DNA of 33,867 bases from Phoronis australis (GCA_002633005.1 NMRA01000681.1:174386-208252), one strand, 5' to 3'. Shown: positions 22,017-33,867, counted from the first letter of the stretch. Program-made: numbers and translations. Notes: generated by a model not told the origin, from the sequence alone.

Positions 22017-22521
22017 GCCTACTAGGTCATTAGTCACATGATTCAATGGATCACATTGGTGTGCAGCGTCATCCGTCGGTGCGGCTTCACACGATCATGA
22101 CAAAGTCCACAAGCGTTGTTTTATCAGTCATTTACCTTCATGGCTTTATTCACTTATCAACAGGGTCGTACATTTTGTGCAGATTAACAACACACATTGT
22201 CGACATCATGTCGGGTCAGTAACGCCGTCCGTCACTGATCATGAGCACATCGACCAGCAAATAAATACAAACATGGGACTAAATTTTGAAAATTCAAAAT
22301 ACAAAATTTAATCAACATTATAGAAGCAGTAGATATCCACAAAATGCCGAGAAAACTCTCTCGAAGTTTTACCACTCATGAACTGCTTGAATCAAGCTTG
22401 CATAGAGACAACGGACTCCTGCCATAGTGATGCAAATATCATTTCTGAGTCTAATTATGGCAGGTGCTGGACCGTCATCACGACACCTGTAAACTACTTA
22501 TTCACACAGACAGTTGTAGAG

Positions 22522-22620
22522 TTCTATTTCCGTGTTAACAAGAACTTCGAAACGATAAGCGACTCAAAGAAAACGCTGCGGAACGGATTATTGGGGATGG
22601 TCAACCCTGAAATTGTAAAT
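22522..22620 (+). repeat. Dispersed repeat, copy 2 of 3
   Basis: ttctatttccgtgttaacaagaacttcgaaacgataagcgactc...ttattggggatggtcaaccctgaaatt. Confidence 0.55.
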
Positions 22621-23555
22621 TGCATAATAAGTACCCTTGTACACATTGGGTTGGTAACGGAAATAAGTCCGATCACGGTATTGTAAAGAACATTACGTTA
22701 CTAAATTTATTAGAATAATGCCCAATTTGAATAGTAACAATATACGTCGCATTATCGCGCCCCACGATAATATTGTTGAGCAATGCACGTGACGTCGTGA
22801 AACAATAATTTTTTTCAGCGGACTGGTTTCGCCTATGCAACCCAGCCCTGGTAATGTCGTGGACAAATGAAGACGGATTCGTAGGAACACATGCGCCTGT
22901 TTCAATGACTTAGCACTATACTTGGCGGATCGTTAAAATCGTTTAGCTAACTGCTCTATCTCATTAAAACCTACGTTAAATGGATTTTATATGTGCCAAG
23001 TAGTCAGTGACTTCTTGGAGAATTTAGTGACAAAAGTGACAAAATAATAACAGCCTGATTTGCCGATTCTTCAAAATATTATAAATCAAGGTTATTGGGT
23101 GAAATAGAATATGACACGGTTGTCTTGGCTACGGAAATCCGGTGTGTATCTAAAAATAGGTGTTTTGTGGAGTCTTGCTTAGTGGTAAACATGGTTTTGG
23201 GGTTACCTGACCTTGTCATTTAAAACCATATGTTTGTGCAGACCTCTGGTATTAATAAGAAGCAAATAGGTTAAAGTAAGGTCGTGGGTTTGAAGTTGGT
23301 CCAGGAACGAGGGTTCGACCGCTAATCAGTGGAGGGGCCCCAGTACCCAACAGGTGGCATTTGGTTTCTCTACTTCCTCGGATCAACGTTCCACACGTTT
23401 TACAAAGACCTGCTTATATTTTACTACCCTATATCTTTTACTAAGTTAACATGAATATGCGCCTTGTGTATTCAGGATTCTAAGCGTTTACTCAAACTCC
23501 TGTACAGAACCCTCATTTTTGGTCCGCATTTTGTACAGTTGATGTTGGATGAAAG

Positions 23556-23694
23556 ATGGCGGATTCAGCCGGACGTACACAGGAGCCGAACCTATGTCAC
23601 GAAACACACGTGGAGGGAGCCGAACGGGAAAAGAAACGCAGAGAAATATTGATTGGTGTCGATGGATCTGAACATTCTGAGCGGGCTTTCGATT
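23556..23694 (+). CDS. USP-3 exon 1 (MADSAGRTQ...THVEGAEREKKRREILIGVDGSEHSERAFD)
   Basis: aagATGg with an in-frame TGA just upstream; donor T|GTAAGC. Confidence 0.9.
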
Positions 23695-26600
23695 GTAAGC
23701 TATTGACTTCGTGGCGTTAGTATTTACGCAGTGCTTTGGTCGAGTCATATGCCAAGTAAAACAAGCGATTTCTAACCAATCTCAGACCACAAGTCTACGG
23801 TGTTTTATAGTTCGAGGACCAATCTACCACTGAATGCCTTGTAATAATATTTTGCCTTCGGTAATCGGTAAGAGTACTGACTCTCTCTCTCTTACTCTGT
23901 ATCTCGTGACAATATCAGCGTCATCCACGACGGTTCTCGCAGACGAGTAGCACAGTTTACGTCGCTAGTAAACGTGTGCAATTGGGAATTATTTCTGCCA
24001 ACTGATTTATTTTTCTCTAAGTTCATCGGAAGTGACTGCCAACTGTCTGATAGATTGTTTAACAAAATAATTAAGGAAGAACAAACCTCGATGAGCTTTA
24101 CAGAATACAAGAATAGGCCTGCGAAATTTTTGGTTGAGCACTCCCAATAATTTAATGAATTTGAGTAGAGCAGACTTTGAAATGTTGGTGGTTTTATTCC
24201 AGGGTACGCTGCTAACTTACACAAACCCGAAAATGATGTCATAGTGTTCCATGTTCCAGACGCCCCAAGCATAACTGGATATGTAGGCTTTGGAGGTAGG
24301 ATAAATTGCGACTGCCCATTGACAGATTTAAAACTTTGAAATTTATTTACTGCTCCTTTCTGAATTTATAGACATTACTAATTAACTTCCCATTTATTAA
24401 TAATAGCGCTAAATGGGAGTGCGCGCGCGCGTGCGTTCGCGTATGAACGCGAAGATATGGATTGCGTATTGAAAACTAAAACGCGAGGCGGAAATTTTAC
24501 TTCTTTAAATAGAGCATGAACATGACATCTATCCGGTATTGACAAATTCTGTGAAGATTCGCGCGATGGCATTGCACAGACTAATTGCCTTTAGTGACCG
24601 GTGGGAATGTTTTCCACCCAGATGGTAAAGAGCAAAAATTGCAACTTAAAATAACCAAAGTTGTGATTGTCATTAAAAATGGTTGTCATCGTTAAGGCAC
24701 CGAAAAGATTACAGTGCCAGGTGATTGGGAACATAGAACAAGAAAAATAGTTTCCATGGTTACTGAGTACACCCAAAGCAAGTGATAATATAGCATTGTT
24801 CTGTATAGGCTTAAGGACGGCAACTAAAGCTCCTTTGGGTTTGTATCAAATCACATTATACGTTGGAGACAGGTGCACCTCGGTCATGTCTAAAATTAAG
24901 TATTAGATTTCGTTTCAGCTGCCTTCGCTTTTCCTGAAGATGAGTGGAAGCGTGTCTGTCATGAAATCTCAAAAAAAGTTCACAAGTTACAAAAACGTTA
25001 TCAGGAGAAATTGAGGTCCCTTCAGGTGAGTGTGTGTCGCTCATTTTCTTATTAGTGGGGATTTATTTCCTCACTTGGCCAAATGGGAACCTCTAATGTC
25101 TCTGTGTACACATTCCCGTTTTCAGTCTCTGCTACAAACTTTGCCATACAAACTGCTCTCCGTACGGCAAGAACACCGGGAGGGGGAGGGTTACATGTAC
25201 GTGTTCACTGTTCATTATCTAGTAACGTTAACCTATATGGCCAACATCCATAGTGTTTGTTTAACCCAGAAAATATAGACAACAAACAGATCTGATACAG
25301 TAATAGGGAAATGATGGGTTTATAATGATTGCTGACAGCTCCTCCTTGTGTCCGTGTTTAAAACACCACAAACGGATGCTATTTACATGCCAAGAATAGT
25401 ACTATGACACTTGGCTTACCTCAAAATCCAACTTCTGCCTGGTGGTTTGGTAATTCACCAAATACCTTATCACGCGTGCTTTTCACGAATTATTCAAAAA
25501 TGCTATTTACAGACTTTCAAAACGAAAATTCAAAAATACTATAGTTGCTCTCAGTGTGTTCATGATGGAATTATTTAGAGAACGATAACATCAACAGCGT
25601 GCAGCAATTTAATTAACCACAGCAGCATGGTGTCTTTGATCTAAACCGGCAAATTCTGAGGTAAGCAAACCGGTCGAGTTGCCCGGTTAGGGTGTCAACG
25701 TAGGATTATTTTCATGAGAAAGGTATTTGCTCTCTACGAATGCCAAGAAATGAAAGTCATGAAATAGGCTGATTAACTATAACAAACTTGTCTCAATTTC
25801 CCTTGCTCCGATATTAAAAGGTTTTTACTCACATCAAAACGGGTTGAGAGACTAGCTGCAGTTGACACTGATGAAGCAACCCAACTGGTTGGCTAATGCT
25901 ATCATAAATCCAGGCCTTATGACACATACAAATGCAATGAATGTTCTATTTTAAAAAGTTGCATTTCGCCGCTGTTTAGCAGTCAATGTCGATTTTTAAC
26001 CAAAGCGCTTGGGATTTAAAACATTTCCAAGCTGACCCAATCTTAAACTGTTGCCGAAAGAGCCGGAAATTCAAGTCACAGGCAATACGTCTACACTACA
26101 TATGTCGTTTTCAAATCCGCAAATTTTAGGGTTGGTCAACCCCAATAAACGCCGAAACGTTTTTGGAGTCACTGATGGTTTCGATTTTCTCGCTGGTAAC
26201 GGAAATAGAATGGTGTTACGATGAGGAATATTACGAGACCGATGTTATGACAGTAAAAGGCTTTATTCTTTTTTATTTTTAGCTAGATAAACAAGGCGAA
26301 ATGCAACTTTAAGTACAGAAATCATTTTCTATCACGAAAGATTTGAGACATATTGTGCAGAGGTGTGTAATTTACCGTTGGTTGGTTGTTGCACTCTTTA
26401 TGAGTGCTCCGAGATGGCGCTGCGAAACAAGTATTGGTGATGGTGTATTAGAAGGAAGGAATCCTAAATGTTTTAATCCTCACTTGATTTTCCTAGATGC
26501 ATGGTAGAGTGGTGGTTTTAAGTGTGGAAGATCCTGCCTCCTCTGCCTGTGAGTATGCGCAGAAACACAACGCGGATTTGATCGTTGTTGGGAGCCGTGG

Positions 26601-26715
26601 ACTCGGCACCATACGGCGTACGCTGTTGGGTAGTGTCAGCGATTACATTCTGCATCACGCTCACATTCCTGTGCTGGTGGTGCCACCTGAGGAAGGACAA
26701 GCGCATCATACGTAA
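23556..26715 (+). CDS. Universal stress protein paralog 3, complete 4-exon gene, 185 aa
   Basis: Exons 23556-23694, 24203-24295, 24919-25025, 26497-26715 join in frame (558 nt). Motifs ILIGVDGSEHSERAFDWY and GSRGLGTIRRTLLGS. Confidence 0.93.
24203..24295 (+). CDS. USP-3 exon 2 (WYAANLHKPENDVIVFHVPDAPSITGYVGFG)
   Basis: Acceptor ttttattccAG, donor G|GTAGGA; 93 nt. Confidence 0.92.
24919..25025 (+). CDS. USP-3 exon 3 (AAFAFPEDEWKRVCHEISKKVHKLQKRYQEKLRSLQ)
   Basis: Acceptor tttcgtttcAG, donor CAG|GTGAGT; 107 nt. Confidence 0.92.
26105..26212 (-). repeat. Dispersed repeat, copy 3 of 3
   Basis: Reverse complement reads ttctatttccgttaccagcgagaaaatcgaaaccatcagtgactc...ttattggggttgaccaaccctaaaatt. 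Confidence 0.55.
26497..26715 (+). CDS. USP-3 exon 4 (MHGRVVV...GSRGLGTIRRTLLGSVSDYILHHAHIPVLVVPPEEGQAHHT*)
   Basis: Acceptor gattttcctAG; 219 nt; TAA stop. Confidence 0.95.
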   Translation: MHGRVVVLSVEDPASSACEYAQKHNADLIVVGSRGLGTIRRTLLGSVSDYILHHAHIPVLVVPPEEGQAHHT

Positions 26716-27127
26716 AAGAGGAATGCTCTGTGGAATGAATCAGTATCTATACGCGTTTTTGTTGATTTTGGTTTTGGCATAATACACTGACTGTTGTGCT
26801 CTGTGGACGAATTCCTGGAAACAGACTATCATTGCAAAACGTAATAGTTCATGTGGCAAGTATGAAAAAATAGATTTATCTACTGGCATTTTGCCTGGCC
26901 CGATTGCGTCTATGAACTGAGTATAGCGAGTACACAGCTGCAGTGTGGTGACAATGGATCTGGAATAAGTGGAAGTTTGTGTCCCTTTGCACGTTAGCAC
27001 GAGTGTGACAAGATAAACAGCATTTTTTTCTAACCTAACATTAGGAAATTCCGTGAAGTTCTGATAGTTTAGAAATTAAAACACTGAGGATGTTCGGATA
27101 CTTCATGAGTATAGCTAAAGGGTAGAA

Positions 27128-27133
27128 AATAAA
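27128..27133 (+). terminator. Possible poly(A) signal of USP-3
   Basis: AATAAA about 0.4 kb after the stop codon. Confidence 0.4.
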
Positions 27134-29763
27134 CATTAACAATAATTGAAGAATACATGTCTCTTGTATGTAGCGTTCACAACGCACCCAGCTCACCCAC
27201 TTAGAATATCTCTATGGCCAGTTGCCGGCATCTTCGCCTGCCAATGTTTTCGTCATTCAACAGTTAATAAGTTCAATTTGTTCATTATCTGTAATATAAT
27301 ACCATTCTGTGGCACTAACTCCGCCTATAGGCGTGGGCCGGGCGTGGTTCGTCTGCAACTACCCTTTTGTAGCTATACCGAGTAGACCATCCAACCGGCT
27401 ACCATGCAGTACTCGAGGCGTGTTCGTTTTCTAAAATATGATACATTTTTTTGTGAAATCGTCGTTGCTTCTTGTGACGCCCGATGTTCTTCGAATGCAC
27501 CGTGAATTGTCGAAAGTGAGGCAATGCGCCATACGGGAACTGGCAATTTCTGCATTGTTATTGTGAAGCGTCCAGATTTTGTTTTGTGTGTATTTTCCTT
27601 CCGTTTCGCAAGACGTCATTGGTTAGATTAAGGTTATGTCAGACCATAGGAAAATTTCTAAATTTGGCTAACTTCGGAGATGGCTCTGGTCGGATGCACG
27701 TGAAAGTTGCATACCATGCTTCACGCACTGTTGTCCAAAACGCTATTTTTAAAATGTTTCACTTTTGCTTGAGAGGCTATTAAAAATAGGACTTACATAA
27801 AAAAGTTGCACAAAGCAAAAACGAAATGATATTTTAGAAAACCCTAATAACGCTTTTAAGATTTCGTCCTGAACATTTTCATCAAATGAAATTTACTCAT
27901 ACCATTTATACTGTTGTTTTGCTAAATTTTACTAACAAGACATGGTCATGTGACACTATTAATGATAAATTGATATAAAGTTAAAATGAAAGTCTACAGA
28001 GCTTCTACTTTCAGAATTTACTGACAACAGCGTTTGAAATGTGCTGCCATTTTTGCAAATTAAAAGCAAGATTGCCAGACTTAAAATGGTAAAAGCTGGT
28101 TTTATCAAACAGTTTAAAATCAAAAATGTGCGACAAATTTATCAATAGTATATTCTTACTTGTACTCATGGCAGCGGTAAACAGCTATGTGTTACTTTAG
28201 CCTGCCCGGCACAACGCGCACATGCAACGTTTCTGTTCGACACCAAGAAATGGGCAATAATCGCTGTAAAATGGTTCCAATAAAAATTAATACGTTTTCA
28301 GAATTTTCGTCTTAAGGTTTCAGGTGATGTAAAGTTCATCTAATTAGAATGAAACTATTTGCCAATTTTGAAATGCGCATTGCATTTCCAAATATGCTCA
28401 GAATTTCACCAAACAATATTGTTGTTGAGAAACTTGACGATAAGATTTCATTGTTCCGCCAAATTGCAATCAGATATGTATAAGCTTCACCAAATAGAGA
28501 AAACACACGAACATGTTTCAAGTTTAGTCCAAAGTTAAAAAAGAATGCCCAGCAACGCTTTTTGATCGTGCCTGTAGGGGTCTCTACATCCGCTTTTGTT
28601 AATTAAGTTTAATTTGAATTGAGAAATGATCTCTTTCATTCTGGCTCATGAAGTCAATCTGAATGAACAGTGTTTTTTATCAATTTCTGTATGAATATAA
28701 AAGTCTATGTTCAGGAAAATACAGCTAAAATACTGTCCTGAAGCGCACACAATACCAAGAAGCACAATGAAAAAGACATTGGATCATGACCCGCTCCTGC
28801 ACCCCATCAACGATGCCAGCACATCTTTCCAGTATGTGGTCGTATTCAGACCAGTAACCGTTTGTGAAGCGTCGCCTTTATCTGGATTTAGTGTGGGGTT
28901 CCTATACATGCGAGCACCCATCCTTAAAAATGGGGGGCTTCAAGTTTTGAGAATTTTAGTAAGATTCACGGAGTACGTTCAGATAGCAACGAATTGTACA
29001 TTCGCAGAATTTTGGTAGTTCCTGCCTTTTTAGTTGACTTTCTTCTCGTTTTGTACTTTTTTCGGAATTTCTGTTTCTCTGAAGCGGACCTTTTTGCCCA
29101 CTTTGCCAAATGAGGGGGCTCGTTCGAGCCCCCGAGCCCCCTATGTGCAAAGCAGCAATTGAGTTAGATCTGAGTTGTGTGTATCCGCATGGGGATTTTA
29201 AATGTCATTGCAAGTAATTTAAAGGCGACAAAATCACGTCCGTGAAATTGAAAAAGAGAAGTCAATTTGAATACGATTTGTGAGAAGCCCGTTATGAGCC
29301 TATTTACCCTCCTTCGCCAACACTAGCGTGAAATGTACGTGCGAAGTGTTCTCTTACGCATTGATGGCTTCTAGTAGTCCCATAACGTGTAACAAATAGC
29401 GTGTAGCTGTCCCAAGGAGGCTTTTCCCAGCTGCTGAGCTTGTCAGCGTACAAGAAGTTTACCAACGCAAAGGCCCACATTTCAACCCCTGTGCAAGAAA
29501 AAATCGAACTGCAACTGACAAAGGTAATGAAACTTTTACCACCAATTCATGATAGTGCGATTTATAACAGTTGATCTTTTAACCTCAGTGAGAAAATTAT
29601 TGACTATAATTCCAATCGGATGCACAATGGTGATATTGAATATCTGATTGACACTTCAAGGTCAGCGATAACTGCTCGGCATGTAGTTCAGCACGATTTT
29701 GAGTTGGTTTCACTATCACAAACCAATCATGTAGCTTTAACGTGTTCCGCTACTGCTATGAAA

Positions 29764-29799
29764 ATTGTGTCACAGAGATTGTGTCACAGAGATATAAAA
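29764..29799 (+). promoter_or_regulatory. TATA box of USP-4 preceded by a 14-bp tandem duplication
   Basis: attgtgtcacagag x2 (29764-29791), then TATAAAA at 29793-29799, about 90 nt before the ATG. Confidence 0.6.
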
Positions 29800-29888
29800 A
29801 GCACGGCTCGACATAAACATCCTGCGCTCATACTAAGTCTGGCGGGTCGCTTGTGACTTAACGTAAAGCTCAAAGTTTGAGGGACGAC

Positions 29889-29952
29889 ATGCCTGCCGAC
29901 AATGTTCTTATTGCTATAGACGGAAGTGGTATTTCTGAACGAGCCGTAGAAT
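29889..29952 (+). CDS. USP-4 exon 1 (MPADNVLIAIDGSGISERAVE)
   Basis: USP beta1-DGS motif; donor T|GTACGT, phase 1. Confidence 0.85.
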
Positions 29953-32427
29953 GTACGTAAGCTACTCACATCTAAATTTAGTATTGTGTGAACGCTGAAA
30001 ATGACCCGAAAATGTATATTATGCTGTTGTAATACTTGTACTGCATGTGACTTGACACATTACAGTGTCGTCGCGGCAGGCCTTTCAGGGTGTTTGTTCC
30101 TGGTGTTTGTACGTGTTGGTAACCCGTCTAACACTCATTTGAAAGGTTCGTCTCAATTCATAGAACTGTAATAACAAAAAATGAGTTTGGACCCTTTACG
30201 TATCTCATTTGAAAGGTTCATTTCAATTCATATAGCCGTAATAACAAAGAATGAGTTGGAGGACCTTTTACGAATCTCATTTTAAAAAAGTGACAAAACT
30301 ATCCAGTGTTTGATGTCTTCGACGAATTCTGAAGAATATGGAACTATAGCATTCAGTCTTTGACACGTTACTACAGTGTATTCCCCTGGCCTGCGAGAGG
30401 AACGCTCCCGTCCCCTTAGACAAATCTTATTGATTTGTCTAATGGTTTACATTGACTATTTTTAAAGCCAATTACAACCCTCACTTATAAACCTGAATTG
30501 TGGCGTATAATTGTAGATGGTTCGCCGTTTCTATAACACAAAATGTGACTCGTGGTAAGAGAAACTGGAATTTCTCTCACGGCGGAACAGGCCACCAAAA
30601 TTTAGGGTGTCAAAAATCTTCAGCAAAGCACTCACTAGATCAAAATAACAGGGAATGGTCTCACTGGGAACCAATGGTGCATTCAAGGAATTCCAACGTG
30701 AAGGAAAGTCTGTTTTGAAATCGTGCCGTTGACTTGAAATGCAGAGAAACGACGAATGGGTTTCCTAAGATTCTTCTGACTGACTCTTACACAAAGCAAA
30801 CCTTTTTCTTTCCATAACTGTGTCTTAAACAGTTCTAACAATCCTGTTAAAGGTACAATTCCTACATCAATTCAGTCACAGCCTAAAATGCAGGTTGGCT
30901 AAGCATGTAAAATGTTTTTCAACCCCGTATATACCAACTAGGTTGATAATCCTCGTGGATTACTTTCCAAGCTGTAGTTATCGCCGGGAGCTGGCGATGA
31001 CTTTTTAGTGAAAATGTGACTGGAAATAAGAGAACCCAACAAGTTCAGACTTATCTATTAGTAATAACTTCGTCCTTTTTATTTTCTTTGATCTTTTAAT
31101 CTTATAATTCAATTTTATTACCAATGCAATTTATCTAGTCACATAATTATTAAAGTCGTCTGTCGTGCAGCCACAAGGTCACACTATTTTTGGTCTAGTA
31201 ACCTATAATTTATGGCAGCGCAGCACTGAAATAAGTGGAGGAGCTATAGCCCCATCCCTCTATGGTGCGCCGCCTTGTCACCATGGGAGGTGCAGCACTG
31301 AAATAAGTGAGGTTTTAGCCCCTCCATCCCCTATGGTGCGCCACCCATTTGCGTATTTTCAGTGCTGTAGTGGTGCGTAAGCGCACGTAGGCGCAGCCAA
31401 CCACCTTTTGGCATTTAAACGTAGCGCCTACGCACCGTAAGTAACGTTCAGTGCTCAAGGTGATACGGTGGGCTTTGTGCGCCTACTTACCTCTACTTTA
31501 CCACTACAGCACTGGACAAAAAATGAAAGGGAAGTAATTGCAGTTTTGCAATGTGTTTATACCCACGCTATTGTTCACCCCTTGTCCATGCAATTTGTTT
31601 AGTATGCTTTGTTTTATCAANTTTATACCCACGCTATTGTTCACCCCTTGTCCATGCAATTTGTTTAGTATGCTTTGTTTTATCAATGAAAAAGTAAATG
31701 GGTTAAGTATTCCCATTATTGGGTCATCGCCTGTCCCATGATCGTCTACACGTATTGACTAATCAATAACGTGGACCATTCGAGGCATCGGCACTACTGG
31801 TGCACTTCATGTAGGACGGGGTCGGGGCATGCCACCAACAATTTTACAGCGTTTAATTGACTGCTACCCGAAACTTGCTTTCAATGATAAATCTTTGGTG
31901 AAAGCTTATTTGATTTATTTCAGGGTTCGCATCTCACATGTACAAACCAGATCAACAGGTAACACTTCTACACGTGGCGGTTCCTCCTCACTTACATGGT
32001 TACGCAGCCATGGGGGGTAATATATTTCATATAACTTGATAAGATTATGATTAAAACAGAAGGCATAGTATGCTTCTTTGAATAAAAACAAGTGGCAGGC
32101 GTCTCATTGTCAGAAAAAGTGGCTTCAGTTGGAATTGCAATTATTGTTTTGTTGACAAGAGCTAGCCGTTGATTGGTGTTGGTGCCAAATGTCACAGACG
32201 TAACAAGTAAAAAGCCTGGCACTGTTCCCAACATGTTTTTTCTCGTGATCACTGTGCGTTGTAACTCGTGATGCACTTGGTACTTTATCCTTGTCATTAC
32301 GGTCATTGATACTTTTGCAGCCGCCTGTTCGATGCCAGTTGACGAAGTTAGTCGAACGATTCACGAGCACGTACGAATTGTGAAGAAACTTGAAGAAGTT
32401 TTTGAAGGCAAATTGCAGGATTTGGGG
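29889..32427 (+). CDS. Universal stress protein paralog 4 (divergent), exons 1-3; exon 4 outside the window
   Basis: Exons 29889-29952, 31924-32016, 32321-32427 have the same phases and 93/107-nt lengths as the paralogs; motif VLIAIDGSGISERAVEWF. Missed entirely by the ORF track. Confidence 0.87.
30134..30282. repeat. About 70-bp tandem duplication in USP-4 intron 1
   Basis: ctcatttgaaaggttc.t.tcaattcata...gtaataacaaa.aatgagtt...tttacg.at x2. Confidence 0.8.
31211..31348 (-). repeat. Two tandem inverted copies of the 68-bp mini-element
   Basis: gcagcactgaaataagtg...tagcccc...ctatggtgcgcc occurs twice. Confidence 0.6.
31924..32016 (+). CDS. USP-4 exon 2 (WFASHMYKPDQQVTLLHVAVPPHLHGYAAMG)
   Basis: Acceptor atttatttcAG, donor G|GTAATA; 93 nt; USP VTLLHV strand. 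Confidence 0.87.
32321..32427 (+). CDS. USP-4 exon 3 (AACSMPVDEVSRTIHEHVRIVKKLEEVFEGKLQDLG)
   Basis: Acceptor acttttgcAG, donor GGG|GTAAAT; 107 nt. Confidence 0.85.
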
Positions 32428-32929
32428 GTAAATGATTTTCCTAGCTAACGCACTCTGGATAAGGAAAAACGTACTCTTTTTTTAAATAGGAAAATGTTCG
32501 ACGACAAGTAACTGTAAGCCATGAACTGTTTCCATGTAGACCCGGACAAATTTCGCGGGGAAGCTAACGTTTTCCTTTGTTGGTCTTCGGATGGTATTCA
32601 ACGTTTACAACTCAGCAACAACGTAAACGATATTGGATGAGCTTATACCAAGAAAATTGATAAAAAGTTTCGTTGAAGTGCATTTTATATTCATGTTCAA
32701 TTCTAGCTAACCAAAGAGCGGCACTGATGACCGAGGTGAAACCAGAGTCGTCTCGTTATCTTGAGCTTGAAAAACAATGCTCGAGAGTGGGCTCTAGTTT
32801 GACTTATAATTGTTACGAGTCAAAAACAAAAGTGAAACCGGAGAGCAGCCGATGATAAACGATGCCATTCATTGATAGGACTTAATGAGTGTTAATTTAG
32901 TACTTGGGATGAGGAGAGGGAGTAGTCAA

Positions 32930-33423
32930 AATCGTCGGAAAATCATCGTCAATTGTCCTCTACATAGTAAGCACATACATGCCAATTTTCACAATCATCC
33001 TTTGAGCGGTTTGGTTGATAGAGGGGTGGAAGCACAAAAACAGACTCGAAAACACTAAAAATGGCCACTAGGTGGCGCAAACTGTGTCGAATCCATCCGA
33101 AAACGGCAGGATAGCGTCATCTCACTACTAGGTGCCTACATACCAAATTTCATGAAAATCCGTTCAGGACTTTTGAAGATACAAAGGTAAGCGTAAAAAA
33201 CTAAAATTGCCACTAGGGGGTACACCGGTAGTAGAATCCGTCCGAAAGTTCGCACATGCCGTCCCATTCATGAATGGAACATATGTGCCAAATTTCATGA
33301 ACGTATGTCAAAGGGTTTTGGAGATACAGCAGCGGACGCCGGACGCCGCCCGGACGGACGGACGGACGGACGGACAGAGATGACGGCATAATGCCCACAT
33401 ATAAATATGTGGGCGCATAAAAA
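32930..33423 (-). mobile_element. DINE-1/HINE-like non-autonomous Helentron-type element
   Basis: Minus strand starts in a T-run (tttttatgcgccc), has a hairpin gcccacatat-aa-atatgtgggc (33393-33414), a (GTCC)n microsatellite near 33350-33376, and three repeated ccaaatttcatgaa-type units. Left boundary approximate. Confidence 0.65.
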
Positions 33424-33867
33424 TGAGTTCCCCTTGACAAAGGTCTCCTCTGAATTGTTCAGTAATCTTCTCCTTTAAATTGTTCAAATCACTAGGAACA
33501 TTAAATATACAACAAAAGGCATGACTATATTTTTGATTTATCATGTCTGCAAATTTGGAAATGATGAGATCATTCAGCCAGTAATCACACATAAGATCAG
33601 AAACATCATTGACAAGTAAATTTTCATTATGATAGCGACTACCAAGTTTACTGTTCATAATGACAGATGACACATCAATAGTTTCTACATACTTCCCTTT
33701 CTTTGTGAAGGACTCTATGTCTTGAAACCAAATGTTTTCTTTGTGAACATTAATGCTGATATCTTTCATCATGAAAAGGTTATCTAAATAGCTTAACCCA
33801 TTTTTACTAAAAATTCCCATATCATAGTGTACTGAGGTTGCAGTTGGAATTCTTTGTATTATTTTCA
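33424..33867 (-). pseudogene. Ulp1/SENP (peptidase C48)-like ORF fragment, open to the window edge and running into a repeat
   Basis: DVSDLMCDYWLNDLIISKFADMI resembles the L..L....WLND.II..Y start of C48 domains. The frame is open from 33865 and enters the HINE-like element near 33423, before any catalytic triad. Confidence 0.5.

Noticed and set aside
23270-23340. B-box-like gggttcgacc suggesting a tRNA or SINE head
   Set aside because: No cloverleaf or clear A-box could be built.
24419-24435. Alternating GC run and scattered TGCRCNC metal-response-like motifs (also at 29823)
   Set aside because: Short, not positionally conserved among paralogs, and expected by chance.
31556-31686. Perfect 65-bp direct repeat
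   Set aside because: The copies are identical and separated by a single N at 31621, which is typical of a contig-overlap scaffolding artefact.
1337-32427. Bacterial contamination or recent horizontal transfer of usp genes
   Set aside because: All copies carry conserved spliceosomal introns and are embedded among animal-type repeats.

Overview
Animal (invertebrate, probably lophotrochozoan; taxon is inference) genomic DNA, AT-rich, with GT-AG introns and two N-gaps. The window holds a cluster of four spliced universal stress protein (USP/UspA, MJ0577-like) paralogs sharing one 4-exon plan (intron phases 1,1,0; exon 2 = 93 nt, exon 3 = 107 nt, exon 4 = 219 nt). USP-1 (+, 1337-8122) is complete. 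USP-2 (-, 21939-15516) lacks a visible exon 3, probably hidden in an N-gap. USP-3 (+, 23556-26715) is complete. USP-4 (+, from 29889) is divergent and its exon 4 lies beyond the window. Introns and spacers carry transposon debris: a decayed spliced THAP-domain gene inside USP-2, a Ulp1/C48-like protease ORF running into a DINE-1/HINE-like element inside USP-4, and several MITE families. Most notable: a 21-nt in-frame candidate microexon (EPPHHAK) in USP-1, a 33-bp promoter block conserved between USP-1 and USP-2 with two HRE-like cores, and His-rich termini on the USP proteins. No prokaryotic system, CRISPR array or RNA gene was found. Most six-frame ORFs are noise.
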